Shown: positions 1-10,680, counted from the first letter of the stretch. The stretch is DNA of 64,000 nucleotides from Candidatus Daviesbacteria bacterium (GCA_041690695.1 JBEPVZ010000002.1:1454-65453); one strand, 5' to 3'. The notes: generated by a model not told the origin, from the letters alone. Made by a program: numbers and translations.

Positions 1-268
1 TTTTGGTTCGTTTAATTGAAGAAAAGTTTAGTTTAAGTCCTAAAATTGCTAGTACAAGTGTAATTGGTAAAGTTAATAGATCAAGGTGAATTACTAATAA
101 AATATAAGAGATTACCGTAAAGACGACATAACCTAAGGTTACACTTAATATAATCTTGGCCCAGAAATTAATCTGATTAAAAATCTTGTTAATAATTAAT
201 AGTCCTGGTAGGCCAAATAAAACGACGATTAATATAAAAAACAAACTAAATTCGAGAAGAATTTGCAT
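1..268 (-). CDS. Partial polytopic membrane protein (N-terminal part; runs off window start)
   Basis: Manual reverse-strand translation from ATG at 268 gives MQILLEFSLFFILIVVLFGLPGLLIINKIFNQINFWAKIILSVTLGYVVFTVISYILLVIHLDLLTLPITLVLAILGLKLN..., open to the edge with three hydrophobic segments. Absent from the ORF track because it is truncated. Confidence 0.75.
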   Translation of the reverse strand, partial: MQILLEFSLFFILIVVLFGLPGLLIINKIFNQINFWAKIILSVTLGYVVFTVISYILLVIHLDLLTLPITLVLAILGLKLNFSSIKRTK

Positions 269-294
269 AGCTGATTAAGCTATTATACGTTAGT

Positions 295-323
295 TTTACT
301 TCTAGTTGTAAAGCCTGTAAGAT
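295..323 (+). promoter_or_regulatory. Putative sigma70 promoter TTTACT-N17-TAAGAT, 7 nt before ATG at 331
   Basis: TTTACT at 295-300 and TAAGAT at 318-323; same geometry as other operon starts in the window. Confidence 0.45.
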
Positions 324-1473
324 GGGAAAGATGCTTTCTAAAATATCTATTTCTTTGATATTTTCATGTTGTCTTATAATATTCTTTAGTTATTGGATTG
401 GGACTAATTTACATTTAAAATCGCCTACCCCAATAAGTTTTACAATAGCTGATTTATTTGGTAAACACCTTGAAACACCCTTTATCTTGATGATACTAGC
501 TAGTTTGGGGAGTGTTTTCTTACTTTTTTTCGTAGTTCAAAAACTGTTTGATTCAACTCTGGCAAATTTATCGATATTAATCTTTGGACTTAATCCGTGG
601 ACATCTTATGAAAGTGCAAGTAATTCAGTTTATGTCTTATTTACATTTGAGATATTAGCTGTTTTGGGAGCCTTGCTTTTACCGATTAAGAATGTATATC
701 TAAAGAGCCTAATTATCGGGGCGATTAGTTTTATAGCAATAATTTCGAGTTTATGGATGTGGCTAATTATTCCATCTCTAGTTTATTCGGGTTATAGATT
801 GGGTTGGATTAGCTCTAAAGAATTTAAATTCGTTAGCAGCTTGATTGGGCTAGCTCTAATTATTATGTTTATTTTAGGCGTTAAACACGAAAGTTATTTT
901 CTGCGAGTCATTAATCAAAATATTAATCTTTTTCAAAACGCCAAGGTCTTAAATAATATCAATCTATTTCATGATCAATTTAGAATTGGTGGTTATAGAG
1001 TGGGAGAAATTATTGAAAATAAATATTTCTACGATACTCAACATCTCTTTTTTCATTTTGCTGAATATTTCTCCCCAGTCATTTATTTTACCAGCCAAGC
1101 TAAAATAGATGACTTTTCGTTTAGTCCGCCAATTTATCTGGCACTGATCTTCCCCTTTTTTTATGGGTTAGATCTTTTTTTTACTAAATTTAAAATTAAG
1201 TATAAAAAACTACTTTGTATAAATATTATTTTATTGCTGTTACCTGCAACCCTCTCTAATATTCAACCTGATCTAGGTAGATTGTTTCTCATTTTTCCTA
1301 TAATAACTTTTCTAATATCTTTAGGTTTAAGAGGTTTTTATAAGCTATATCATCAATCTCGATCAGCTAAATTTTTGTTAATTTTATTAGCGAGTTTGTT
1401 CTTATTTCAAGTCATTGTGACGATGTCAGATATTGCCAATAGGGAACCAATTAGAATAAAAAACAATGCTTAA
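322..1473 (+). CDS. Degenerate/truncated ArnT/PMT_2-like GT-C membrane protein (start possibly 331)
   Basis: Multi-TM. Segments LKSPTPI, GLNPW, EYFSPVIYF and PATLSNIQPDLGR align by eye with neighbouring GT-C paralogs, but the DE-containing first loop and C-terminal soluble domain are absent. Confidence 0.65.
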   Translation: MGKMLSKISISLIFSCCLIIFFSYWIGTNLHLKSPTPISFTIADLFGKHLETPFILMILASLGSVFLLFFVVQKLFDSTLANLSILIFGLNPWTSYESASNSVYVLFTFEILAVLGALLLPIKNVYLKSLIIGAISFIAIISSLWMWLIIPSLVYSGYRLGWISSKEFKFVSSLIGLALIIMFILGVKHESYFLRVINQNINLFQNAKVLNNINLFHDQFRIGGYRVGEIIENKYFYDTQHLFFHFAEYFSPVIYFTSQAKIDDFSFSPPIYLALIFPFFYGLDLFFTKFKIKYKKLLCINIILLLLPATLSNIQPDLGRLFLIFPIITFLISLGLRGFYKLYHQSRSAKFLLILLASLFLFQVIVTMSDIANREPIRIKNNA

Positions 1474-3136
1474 ACCATCGAAAAATTTAGTTTTTATAAC
1501 TATATTCATTTTAATTTTTATGTTAGGGACCTTTCTTCGTTTTGTGAACTTTACTAACAACCCAGTCAGCTTGAATATTGACGAGGTGGCTATTGGATAT
1601 AATGCTTACTCGATTTTAAAAACTGGTCGAGATGAATACGGCCTCTTTTTGCCGCTATCATTTAAGTCGGTTGGGGATTATAAACCGCCAGTCTTAATTT
1701 ATTTAACTGTTCCATCAATTGCGATTTTTGGTTTGAATGAATTTGGAGTTAGATTTCCGGTCGCTCTCTTGTCTAGCCTAACAATCTTGTTTGGGTACTT
1801 TCTCTTTAAACGATTAACTGACAATAAAACAATTGCTCTACTCGCGATGTGTCTACTTGCGATTTCACCATGGGGAATTTATTACGCTCGTTATGCTGAT
1901 GAAGCAACGGTAGCATTATTTCTAGTGGTAGTTGGAGCTATTTGTTTTTTTAAAATGATTGATAAGCATAGCTTGTCTTGGCAGGTTCTTTCGGCGGTTT
2001 TTTTAGGAATCTCAATGTATTGTTACTATACCGAACGACTTTTTGTACCAATACTTTTAGGAATACTATTATTTAGTTATATAAAGCAAAGAAAGCTAAC
2101 TTTTAAGGGTTGTTTAATCTTTCTAGTTACTTTGGGATTACTAATTAGTCCGCTTATTCTCTCAACTATTTTTGGTCCTGATAAAACACGGGTAGCTACG
2201 ACATTTATTACCAATGATCCGGAACTACAGCGCCAAGTTTTAACCTCACAAAACCAGATCTTGCCCAATTCATTATTTAGCTTTTTTGATAATAATCTTT
2301 TCCTCTCTATTTTTTATGGCATCCGAAAATATTTGTATTATTTTCATCCAGCCTTTCTTTTTTATAACGGACTAAATATGACAATTGATAATAGCTATGG
2401 GTTAGGAGTTGTCTACTTATTTGAACTGCCATTTCTGCTAATGGGCGGATATATTCTTATTAGAAAAAAGATTAAATCCAAGTTAATTATTTTGAGCTGG
2501 TTATTACTAGGAATTTTACCAGCGGCATTAACTCAAAATGAACAACACTCACTTCGTACGCTAGTGGCATTACCGATCTTTAATTTAATCTCGGCCTTAG
2601 GTGGATACGATCTATTTGGGCGGATTAGAAAAATGAAAGTTAATTACCAGCTGGCGATTGGTTCAGGTTTTACGCTGGTCGTTTTTATTCTTTTAGTCCA
2701 TGCTTATTTTGTTTTTAGTGTTTACTTTAAATATCAAAGGGGAGAAGCCTTTATGGAAGGGACTAAACAAGCCGTTAAATATGCGCTCGATCATAAAGCT
2801 GAGTATAATGAGATTGTTTTTGATCCGGTTAGAGGCGTAGATGGTCCAGATATTGTAAGTATTCCCCATATGTATGTTTTGTTTTACTCTCAATATGATC
2901 CCTCAATTTATCAAACTGAAATGAAAAGATATGGTACAAATAACCAAGATTTGTACGGCTTTGATAAATTTACAATTCGTCATATTGATTGGCCGACTGA
3001 TCACTCCAAAACAAAAACCTTATTTATTGGTAGCCCCTGGTCAATACCCTTGCAAGATATTCCTCAAGATCAAATTCTTCAAAAAATTTATCTGACTAAT
3101 GGCAAACTTGCTTTAATAATTGCCAAATCAGATTAA
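1466..3136 (+). CDS. GT-C glycosyltransferase, ArnT/PMT_2 (GT83/GT39)-like
   Basis: SLNIDEVAIGYNAYSILKTGRDE first-loop acidic motif, DYKPP, EFGVRFP and LAISPW motifs; many TM helices plus a C-terminal soluble domain. Confidence 0.9.
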   Translation: MLKPSKNLVFITIFILIFMLGTFLRFVNFTNNPVSLNIDEVAIGYNAYSILKTGRDEYGLFLPLSFKSVGDYKPPVLIYLTVPSIAIFGLNEFGVRFPVALLSSLTILFGYFLFKRLTDNKTIALLAMCLLAISPWGIYYARYADEATVALFLVVVGAICFFKMIDKHSLSWQVLSAVFLGISMYCYYTERLFVPILLGILLFSYIKQRKLTFKGCLIFLVTLGLLISPLILSTIFGPDKTRVATTFITNDPELQRQVLTSQNQILPNSLFSFFDNNLFLSIFYGIRKYLYYFHPAFLFYNGLNMTIDNSYGLGVVYLFELPFLLMGGYILIRKKIKSKLIILSWLLLGILPAALTQNEQHSLRTLVALPIFNLISALGGYDLFGRIRKMKVNYQLAIGSGFTLVVFILLVHAYFVFSVYFKYQRGEAFMEGTKQAVKYALDHKAEYNEIVFDPVRGVDGPDIVSIPHMYVLFYSQYDPSIYQTEMKRYGTNNQDLYGFDKFTIRHIDWPTDHSKTKTLFIGSPWSIPLQDIPQDQILQKIYLTNGKLALIIAKSD

Positions 3137-3215
3137 ATGAACTTTTGGTAAATAATGTTTTGCTACTTTTATAGCTAAGGGGTTAAAGGTATATTTAGAA
3201 GTATTCCAAATTTCT

Positions 3216-4553
3216 ATGATAATAAAGTTACTTAAAAATAATAAAAAATTACTGATATTAATTGTCCTATTTGTGGCGCTAGTCTTTAGACTTGCCATAA
3301 TAAGTTATGCGACTCATCCTGATATCTTTTCGTTCGCGAGTTGGGGGAAATGGATTTATGATTATGGTACAAAAGGTTTTTATGAGAATAATGTTTGGGT
3401 TTATGAATGGCCGAATCTGCCACCACTATTAAATTTAATTTTTGTGGGTATGAGATGGTTTTATTTGTTTAGTTTGAAAACTGTTCATCTATTTGATTAT
3501 TATCTTATACCATCATTTATTAGCTATAACTTGCCAGGGTGGAAAGACTGGGTGAGCTGGTACGGCGAAACTAATTATTATCCATATACCTTTCTTCCAA
3601 ATGGCTATATTATCTGCCTAAAACTAGTTGGGGTTATTTCTGATCTACTAATTGGCTGGCTTGCCTTTAAGGTGGCCATTAAACACCTTAGTTATAAAAG
3701 CAGTTTAATATTAGCCAGTCTTTTTGTATTACTCCCTTTTAGCTGGTATTTAAGTACCTTATGGGGACAATATGAATCACTTGTCGCCTTATTCTTAATT
3801 GGAGGGATTCTTTTATTAATCAAGAGATCCTTTTTATTATCCGTACTCTTTATAGCAATTAGTATAAGTATTAAACCAACCAGTGGAGTCTATTTACCTG
3901 TTTATCTGGTCTATTTCTTTAGCCTTCGGCCTAAAATATCAACCTTTTTAATCTCAATCTTTTTAGTCATCATTTTGATAATTACTACGGTGGCACCGTT
4001 TGCAAATAAGGACTTATTTACCTACCTTTATAATGATATTTATCCAAAAGTTTTTTCAGAGTATAGATTTAGAATTACAGATCATGCTTTTAATTTTTGG
4101 AGTATTTTTTATCCATCTGGGGTTTGGTTATCTTCAAAGAATATATTGTTTTTACCGGCTTCAACGTGGAGTCTTTTCGTATTTGTTGGATTAATAATTT
4201 GGTCAAGTTTAATAGTTATTAAGGGGAATATTAAAAATGTACTTAAAGGCTTTTATTTAATGGGCGGTGGAAGTTACCTCTTTATGACTGGTATGCATGA
4301 TCGATACTTTTTCAGTGCGGTGGCTCTTTTAGGTTTTTTAACTATTTTTTATTCAAAATTACTTAAATATTGGATTTTGACAACTTTGTTGTTCTTTTTT
4401 AACTTACTTTATTCATGGGGCTACCCGATTTTTACTCCTGGTCAGGTTTGGGATAATAGTCTTGTCATCCAAATTTCAAGTATTGGTCAAGTGGTCTTAT
4501 TTATTATCTGTTTGTATGAGTTAGGTTTATTGTATAAAATAAGAAGAGGATAA
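3216..4553 (+). CDS. GT-C glycosyltransferase, ALG6/ALG8 (GT57)- or GT87-like
   Basis: HPDIFSF..W, PNLPP, LWGQYE, IKP, AFNFW and MHDRY motifs; polytopic membrane protein. Confidence 0.75.
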   Translation: MIIKLLKNNKKLLILIVLFVALVFRLAIISYATHPDIFSFASWGKWIYDYGTKGFYENNVWVYEWPNLPPLLNLIFVGMRWFYLFSLKTVHLFDYYLIPSFISYNLPGWKDWVSWYGETNYYPYTFLPNGYIICLKLVGVISDLLIGWLAFKVAIKHLSYKSSLILASLFVLLPFSWYLSTLWGQYESLVALFLIGGILLLIKRSFLLSVLFIAISISIKPTSGVYLPVYLVYFFSLRPKISTFLISIFLVIILIITTVAPFANKDLFTYLYNDIYPKVFSEYRFRITDHAFNFWSIFYPSGVWLSSKNILFLPASTWSLFVFVGLIIWSSLIVIKGNIKNVLKGFYLMGGGSYLFMTGMHDRYFFSAVALLGFLTIFYSKLLKYWILTTLLFFFNLLYSWGYPIFTPGQVWDNSLVIQISSIGQVVLFIICLYELGLLYKIRRG

Positions 4554-4557
4554 AATT

Positions 4558-5463
4558 ATGGCACAAAACAAGATCACAGTCGTTATTAATACTTTAAACG
4601 AACAAAAAAATATTGCCCGAGCGATCGAATCGGTTAAGTGGGCGGATGAGATTTTAGTCTGCGACATGCAATCAGATGATGATACGGCTTTAATTGCCAG
4701 GAAGATGGGCGCAGTCGTTATTTTCCATAAGAGGATGGGTTTTGTTGAGCCAGCGCGGAATTTTGCTATTTCCAAAGCTTCACATGAATGGGTTTTAATT
4801 GTTGATGCTGATGAAGAGATCCCGGACTCTTTAGCAAAATACCTACAAGAGATGGTCCAAAAGCCAATTGTCTCGACCTTTGTTGAAATACCTCGCCAAA
4901 ATATTATTTTCAATAAATGGATGAAAGCTTCGATGTGGTGGCCAGATTATAATATTCGATTTTTCAAAAAAGAGGCTGTGACATGGAGTGACCATATTCA
5001 CCGCCCACCTAAAACAGAGGGTCAAGGTCTGACTTTACCCGGAGAAGAACGCTGGGCGATAATTCATCATAACTATACTAGTGTTAGCCAATTTATTGAT
5101 CGTTTGAACCGATATTCGACGATTCAAGCCAAAGAGCTTAAACAATCAGGCACAGAATTTAAATGGACGGATCTATTAACTAAACCGATTGAGGAGTTTT
5201 TAGGGCGTTTCTTTGCTAATCGAGGTTTTGACGATGGCTTGCACGGTTTAATTCTGAGTTTATTACAAGCTTTTTCATTTTTGGTTGTTTATATAAAATT
5301 ATGGGAATTAAACGGTTTTAAGGAAGATCAGATTAAATTGAGTGAAGTCAGAATTGAAACGGATAAGATTGGTCAACAGATTAACTATTGGTTTAACTTT
5401 CAGTCTTTGTCGAAAAATCCGCTTCGTCGAGTTATTCAGAAGGCTCGAGCTAAACTAAAATGA
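4558..5463 (+). CDS. GT2 glycosyltransferase (WaaE/KdtX beta-1,4-glucosyltransferase-like)
   Basis: VVINTLNEQKNI, D..SDDDT, VDADE DxD motif, WPDYNIRFF. Confidence 0.9.
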   Translation: MAQNKITVVINTLNEQKNIARAIESVKWADEILVCDMQSDDDTALIARKMGAVVIFHKRMGFVEPARNFAISKASHEWVLIVDADEEIPDSLAKYLQEMVQKPIVSTFVEIPRQNIIFNKWMKASMWWPDYNIRFFKKEAVTWSDHIHRPPKTEGQGLTLPGEERWAIIHHNYTSVSQFIDRLNRYSTIQAKELKQSGTEFKWTDLLTKPIEEFLGRFFANRGFDDGLHGLILSLLQAFSFLVVYIKLWELNGFKEDQIKLSEVRIETDKIGQQINYWFNFQSLSKNPLRRVIQKARAKLK

Positions 5464-6305
5464 TTAAAGTTGGAGTAGTTATTCTTAACTACAAAGTTAA
5501 GAATTTAGCTCTTAAATGTCTTAATTCTGTTCTGGCTTCATCGTTTAAACCCACACATGTTGTAATGGTTGATAACAGCTCAGGTGATGATATAGAAAAG
5601 GAACTTCCAAAATCTGAGAGGGTAGAATTTATTCAAACAGGTCAAAATCTCGGATATACGGGTGGAAATAATGTTGGGATTAAGCACTTGCTTAAGTATG
5701 ATCTTGACTATATCTGGATTCTTAATCCAGACTTAACTGTCGATAAGAAGGCTTTGGAAATTTTAACAAACAAGTCCGAGCAATTAGGGGCTGGAATTAG
5801 TTGTCCTAAGATCTACTTTGAAGGCTCGAAAAAATTATGGTATGCCGGCGGAATATTCGATAAAGCAAATGTTTTAGGAAGCCATCGAGGGGTTGATGAG
5901 CAAGATACTGGTAAATATGATACTGATCAAGAAACTGATTATGCGACCGGCGCCGCCATGTTTATCTCAAGACAGGTTTTAGAAAAAGTTGGCTTATTTG
6001 AAGAGCGTTATTTTTTATATTATGAAGATAGTGATCTGTCGCTTCGGGCAAAACAAGCCGATTTTAAGGTTATGTATATACCGGAGGCCGTTGTTTTTCA
6101 TAAAAATGCCCAGTCAACTAAGCTTGGTTCACCAATTCAAGATTACTATATTACTAGAAACCGAATGCTACTGGCTTCTAAGTTCTTGCCATTTCGGACC
6201 AGATTTGCTTTACTGCGAGAAGGAGTTCGTAATATTCAACAGCCCATTCGTCGCAAAGCCTTACTAGATTTTTTGCTGGGTAGATTTGGTCAAGGAAAAA
6301 TATAA
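5460..6305 (+). CDS. GT2 glycosyltransferase (rhamnosyltransferase-like subfamily)
   Basis: VILNY, DNSS, NLGYTGGNN.G, LNPD, FLYYEDSD, RNRML. Confidence 0.9.
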   Translation: MIKVGVVILNYKVKNLALKCLNSVLASSFKPTHVVMVDNSSGDDIEKELPKSERVEFIQTGQNLGYTGGNNVGIKHLLKYDLDYIWILNPDLTVDKKALEILTNKSEQLGAGISCPKIYFEGSKKLWYAGGIFDKANVLGSHRGVDEQDTGKYDTDQETDYATGAAMFISRQVLEKVGLFEERYFLYYEDSDLSLRAKQADFKVMYIPEAVVFHKNAQSTKLGSPIQDYYITRNRMLLASKFLPFRTRFALLREGVRNIQQPIRRKALLDFLLGRFGQGKI

Positions 6306-7112
6306 ATGATTAGCGTAATTATTATTACTAAAAATGAGCAAGATCAGATTAAAACTTGTTTAGAATCAGTAAAATGGGCCGATGAGATTATTGTCTATGA
6401 TAACGGTTCAACGGATCAGACTTTAAAAATTGCTAAAGAATATACAGATAAGATTTTTACTTTTGAAGGTCAAGACTATGCTGAACTTCGCAACCGGGCT
6501 TTTAAAAAAGCCACCGGAGACTGGGTTTTATACGTTGATGCCGATGAAAGAGTCTTGACTGATCTGAAAGATGAGTTAATCCAGATCTCAAAGTCTTCCG
6601 ATAAATCGGCTTTTGCAATTTCTAGGCGCAATATTATTTTCGGGTCTGAACAAAAATATGGTCCTTTTTGGCCAGATTGGATGATTCGTTTTTTTAAAGC
6701 TCAAGAATTTAAAACTTGGGTGGGCAAGATTCATGAATATGGAACCTTTAATGGTCAACTGGGTTACACCAAGAATTCATTTTTGCATTTAACTCACCGC
6801 AATTTAGATCAGATCGTTTTGAAAAGTCTCCATTGGTCAAATTTTGATGCTAAATTAAGGCTTGACTCGAAACATCCCAAAATGACGGGCTGGCGATTTT
6901 TAAGAATCTTTATAACCGAGACCTGGAATCAAGGAATTAAAAGACGCGGTTTTTTTAATGGCAGTATTGGAATAATGGATTGTCTTTTACAAACCTTTAG
7001 TCTTTATATGAGCTACATCCGACTTTGGGAGCTTCAGCAGCCTAAATCTTTAGATCAAGTTTATAAAGATATTGATTTGGAGCTTTTAAAAGATCAATTT
7101 CAATATAAATGA
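6306..7112 (+). CDS. GT2 glycosyltransferase (WaaE/KdtX-like)
   Basis: IITKNE, DNGSTDQT, VDADER, WPDW..RFF, IHE. Confidence 0.9.
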   Translation: MISVIIITKNEQDQIKTCLESVKWADEIIVYDNGSTDQTLKIAKEYTDKIFTFEGQDYAELRNRAFKKATGDWVLYVDADERVLTDLKDELIQISKSSDKSAFAISRRNIIFGSEQKYGPFWPDWMIRFFKAQEFKTWVGKIHEYGTFNGQLGYTKNSFLHLTHRNLDQIVLKSLHWSNFDAKLRLDSKHPKMTGWRFLRIFITETWNQGIKRRGFFNGSIGIMDCLLQTFSLYMSYIRLWELQQPKSLDQVYKDIDLELLKDQFQYK

Positions 7113-8182
7113 AAATCGCAATCTATAGTCCTTATTTAGACACTATCGGCGGAGGTGAGCGGTACATGTTAACTATCGCTGAAACATTAGCTTCCGATCA
7201 TCAGGTTGATGTCCTCTTAGATAATCATTTATCTAGTTTAGATATAAATTTATTAAAAGAAACTTTATCTAAAAGATTAAATTTGGACCTAAAAGCAGTT
7301 AATTTTATTAAAGCTCCACTGGGGTCTGATTCAAAAGCGCTGAATCGATCGTTATTTTTGCGAAAATATGATGTTTTGTTTTGTTTAACGGATGGTAGTA
7401 TCTTTTACTCAACCGCCAGGAAAAGTATTTTGCATATTCAATCGCCTTTAACGAATAACCAAAAAACTAAACTTAAAAATAAAATTAAACTGTCGAGTTG
7501 GGACTTGATAATTTATAACTCTGAATTTACCAAAAAACATGCTGAGAAGAGTTGGCCAATTAAATCTCAAGTTATTTATCCGCCTGTTGATCTTTCCGGG
7601 ATAAAGCCGCTTACTAAAAAGAATTACATTTTGTCCGTTGGGCGTTTTTTTGGATATTTGCGCGAAAAGAAACATGAAGTCTTAATTAGGTCTTTTATTG
7701 AGATGTATCAAAAAAATAATTTAAAAGGCTGGAGTTTACATTTAGTGGGATCGGCTACATCAGGTGATACAAAATATTTAAATGAATTAACAAAGATGGC
7801 TGAAGGTTTCCCAATCTATTTATATCCCAATTTAAATTATCAAAAATTACTTAAATTATATGGTCAGTCTTCAATTTATTGGCATGGAGCTGGTTTTGAG
7901 GAAACCGATCCAACTAAAATGGAGCATTTTGGTATAACTACTGTTGAGGCCATGGCGGGAGGATGTGTACCAGTCGTTATTGGACAAGGTGGTCAAACTG
8001 AAATTATCCAAGACAAAACCGATGGGTTTTTATGGAAGGATTTAGATGAATTAAATAAATTAACTCTAAAGATTATTGAGGATAAGACTCTTCGTCAAAG
8101 GATGACTAAACAAGCGATTATTCGAGCGAAAACCTTTTCTAAAGATAAATTTGAGGACCGGATTCGGGAGGTTATTAAATGA
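7109..8182 (+). CDS. GT4 (GT-B) glycosyltransferase
   Basis: GGGERY, IYPPVD, SVGRF, EHFGITTVEAMAGG (ExxGxxxxE motif). Confidence 0.9.
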   Translation: MKIAIYSPYLDTIGGGERYMLTIAETLASDHQVDVLLDNHLSSLDINLLKETLSKRLNLDLKAVNFIKAPLGSDSKALNRSLFLRKYDVLFCLTDGSIFYSTARKSILHIQSPLTNNQKTKLKNKIKLSSWDLIIYNSEFTKKHAEKSWPIKSQVIYPPVDLSGIKPLTKKNYILSVGRFFGYLREKKHEVLIRSFIEMYQKNNLKGWSLHLVGSATSGDTKYLNELTKMAEGFPIYLYPNLNYQKLLKLYGQSSIYWHGAGFEETDPTKMEHFGITTVEAMAGGCVPVVIGQGGQTEIIQDKTDGFLWKDLDELNKLTLKIIEDKTLRQRMTKQAIIRAKTFSKDKFEDRIREVIK

Positions 8183-8958
8183 CTTTACCTAAAGTTTCGG
8201 TTATTACGGTTACTTATAACAGTGAAAAGGCTATTGGCAATTTAGTAAGCTCTTTATCAAAAAGTTTACCATCAGGCAGTGAAATTATTATTGTCGATAA
8301 CGCTTCAACAGATCGAACAATTCAGATTGCAGAGAAGCAAACTGGAGTTAAAGTTATTCAATCTGAAAAAAACTTAGGTTTTTCAGCAGGTTGTAATCTT
8401 GGAGCAAAACAATCTCGGAATGATTATTTATTATTTTTAAATCCTGATACTCAAGTTAATAAAAATTCAGTGGAAGAGTTAATTAATTACTTAGCCAGCC
8501 ATTCTGAGGTTGGAATTGTGGCCCCAAAATTAATTGAAGATAACGGACGAAATCAGCCCTCCGCTCGAAATTTCCCAACTTTTTGGAAGGCTTTTCAAGA
8601 ATATTATTTGGGAAAGAAGTCGATATATGATGGTTTTTCTCCAAAAGGTCTAGATCCCGTTACTATTGAAAGTGTGGTTGGAGCAGCTATGTTAATTCCT
8701 AAGCATGTTTTCCAAAAAGTGGGTGGATTTAGTGAAAAATACTTTATGTATTATGAAGATATTGATCTTTGTTTGAAGGTCAATAAACTTGGTCTGAAAG
8801 TCGTTTATTTACCAACGGCGACTTTTAAACATCAAGTTGGAGGCAGTTTTTCTCCTCAAAAGCAAAAATGGCTAAAGGATTCAGCCAAAATTTACCATGG
8901 TCTTTGGCAATACTGGTTATTAACCATCCTTCTTAAACTACGTCCAAAGTCAAAATAG
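8179..8958 (+). CDS. GT2 glycosyltransferase (WbbL-like)
   Basis: VTYNS, VDNASTD, NLGFSAGCNLG, LNPD, FMYYEDIDLC. Confidence 0.9.
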   Translation: MTLPKVSVITVTYNSEKAIGNLVSSLSKSLPSGSEIIIVDNASTDRTIQIAEKQTGVKVIQSEKNLGFSAGCNLGAKQSRNDYLLFLNPDTQVNKNSVEELINYLASHSEVGIVAPKLIEDNGRNQPSARNFPTFWKAFQEYYLGKKSIYDGFSPKGLDPVTIESVVGAAMLIPKHVFQKVGGFSEKYFMYYEDIDLCLKVNKLGLKVVYLPTATFKHQVGGSFSPQKQKWLKDSAKIYHGLWQYWLLTILLKLRPKSK

Positions 8959-9012
8959 TGCTCATGCCAATTGTTTTTTAGGCTCAGAAAATGAGACAAT
9001 AATTCTAATCTT

Positions 9013-10680
9013 ATGTTTGGACTTTCAAAAGATTGGCTAGTAAAAATTACCCTGGTTTTAATTATCGTTTTAGCTTTTTTCTTGAGATTTTACAAAGTTA
9101 CTGAGGATCCACCTTCACTAAATTGGGATGAAGTCGCGATTGGCTATAATGCCTATTCGATTATGAAAACAGGTCGTGATGAGTGGAATCAGCCCTGGCC
9201 GATTCATTTTAAATCGTATGGAGAATATAAACTCCCGGTCCAAATCTATGGTTCTATTCCCGGTATCGCTATTTTTGGTTTAAACGAGCAAGGCGTCAGG
9301 ATTACACCAGTTGTTTATGGGACGCTAACGGTTTTACTAATGTTTTTCTTAGGTAGGGTTTTATTTAAGAGTCGGGCAGTTGGATTATTGTCAGCGTTTT
9401 GTTTAGCCATCTCTCCTTGGCATATTCAACTAACGCGAGCTTCCTTTGAATCTTCATTTTCAGTTTTTTGGATTGTAATGGCGATGTGGTTTTTAATTAA
9501 AGGTTTTAAAAAGCCGATATGGCTAATTTGGTCGATGATCCCATTTGCGATATCGGTTTATACCTATAACAGTGCCAGAGTTTTTAGCCCGTTATTTATC
9601 TTTGCGATTTTAATTATTTATAGAAAAGAGTTATTTAAATTTAAAAAGTATTTAGCTGGAGCATTTATTTTATTTGCTATTTTAATGTTGCCTCTAATTC
9701 CATTTTTTATTACAACTCATGGCACTTCTCGTTATAAGTTAGTTAGTGTGACCGATGATCCAGGTTTGGTGCCTCGAATTGACGAGGCTCGTGGCAAATC
9801 AACCTTACCAGAACCTTTAAAGAGGTTAGTTTTAAATAGAGCGACATACGTAAGTGTAGCTGTAGTCGGAAATTATTTAGCCCATTTTACCCCCCAGTTT
9901 TTATTCATTTCCGGTGCTCCTCATCATCAACATAATGTTCAAGGAATGGGGGAGTTATATTATTGGCAAGCGCCATTTTTATTAATTGGACTGTTTTTGT
10001 TGTTTAAAAAACGTCACCCAAGTCGAGCTTTGTTAATAGCTTGGATATTATTATCGATTGTCCCGGTGAGCATTACTAATGATAGTATTCCTCATGCTTT
10101 AAGAACTTTAATTGCGGCACCGTTTTATCAGTTAATAATAGCTTTTGGTTTATATCAGTCGTGGCTATATTTGAATAAAAAAGATCATTGGTTTGTGCCA
10201 GTCAGCGTCAGCTTATTATGCGGTACGGTTTTAATAAGTTTAGCGATTTACTTAGCTAATTTTTATTTGATTTATCCTGTTAAATATTCAAAAGATTGGC
10301 AATATGGTTATAAACAAGTTGTTAATTATCTGGTTGCTAATCAATCCAAGTATGATGAGATTGTGTTTTCAAGGACATATGGTGAACCACATATGTTTAC
10401 ACTATTTTATTCACAATATGACCCGGCTAAATTTCAAACGAATCCAAATTTAAATCGCTTTGAAACTTATGATTGGGTCAGAGTTTTAAATTTTGATAAA
10501 TATTATTTTCCAGATTTAGGTGATCTTGGAACTAAATATGCCGATATTGTCAATCAGAATCCTGGCAAAAAGCTACTCTTTATTGGAAAACCTGGGGATT
10601 TCCCAGATAGCTTACCTCGTCTTTTAACCGTTAACTTCTTAAACGGCGATAAAGCTGTCGAAGTTGTAGAATCTCCATGA
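9013..10680 (+). CDS. GT-C glycosyltransferase, ArnT/PMT_2-like (tandem paralog 1)
   Basis: PPSLNWDEVAIGYNAYSI.KTGRDE, GEYKLP, AISPWH, PHALR, WQYGY. Confidence 0.9.
   Translation: MFGLSKDWLVKITLVLIIVLAFFLRFYKVTEDPPSLNWDEVAIGYNAYSIMKTGRDEWNQPWPIHFKSYGEYKLPVQIYGSIPGIAIFGLNEQGVRITPVVYGTLTVLLMFFLGRVLFKSRAVGLLSAFCLAISPWHIQLTRASFESSFSVFWIVMAMWFLIKGFKKPIWLIWSMIPFAISVYTYNSARVFSPLFIFAILIIYRKELFKFKKYLAGAFILFAILMLPLIPFFITTHGTSRYKLVSVTDDPGLVPRIDEARGKSTLPEPLKRLVLNRATYVSVAVVGNYLAHFTPQFLFISGAPHHQHNVQGMGELYYWQAPFLLIGLFLLFKKRHPSRALLIAWILLSIVPVSITNDSIPHALRTLIAAPFYQLIIAFGLYQSWLYLNKKDHWFVPVSVSLLCGTVLISLAIYLANFYLIYPVKYSKDWQYGYKQVVNYLVANQSKYDEIVFSRTYGEPHMFTLFYSQYDPAKFQTNPNLNRFETYDWVRVLNFDKYYFPDLGDLGTKYADIVNQNPGKKLLFIGKPGDFPDSLPRLLTVNFLNGDKAVEVVESP

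Noticed and set aside
8959-9012. Promoter TTGTTT-N18-GACAAT before 9013, and TATATT before 3216
   Set aside because: Plausible, but they match consensus too weakly to list as features.
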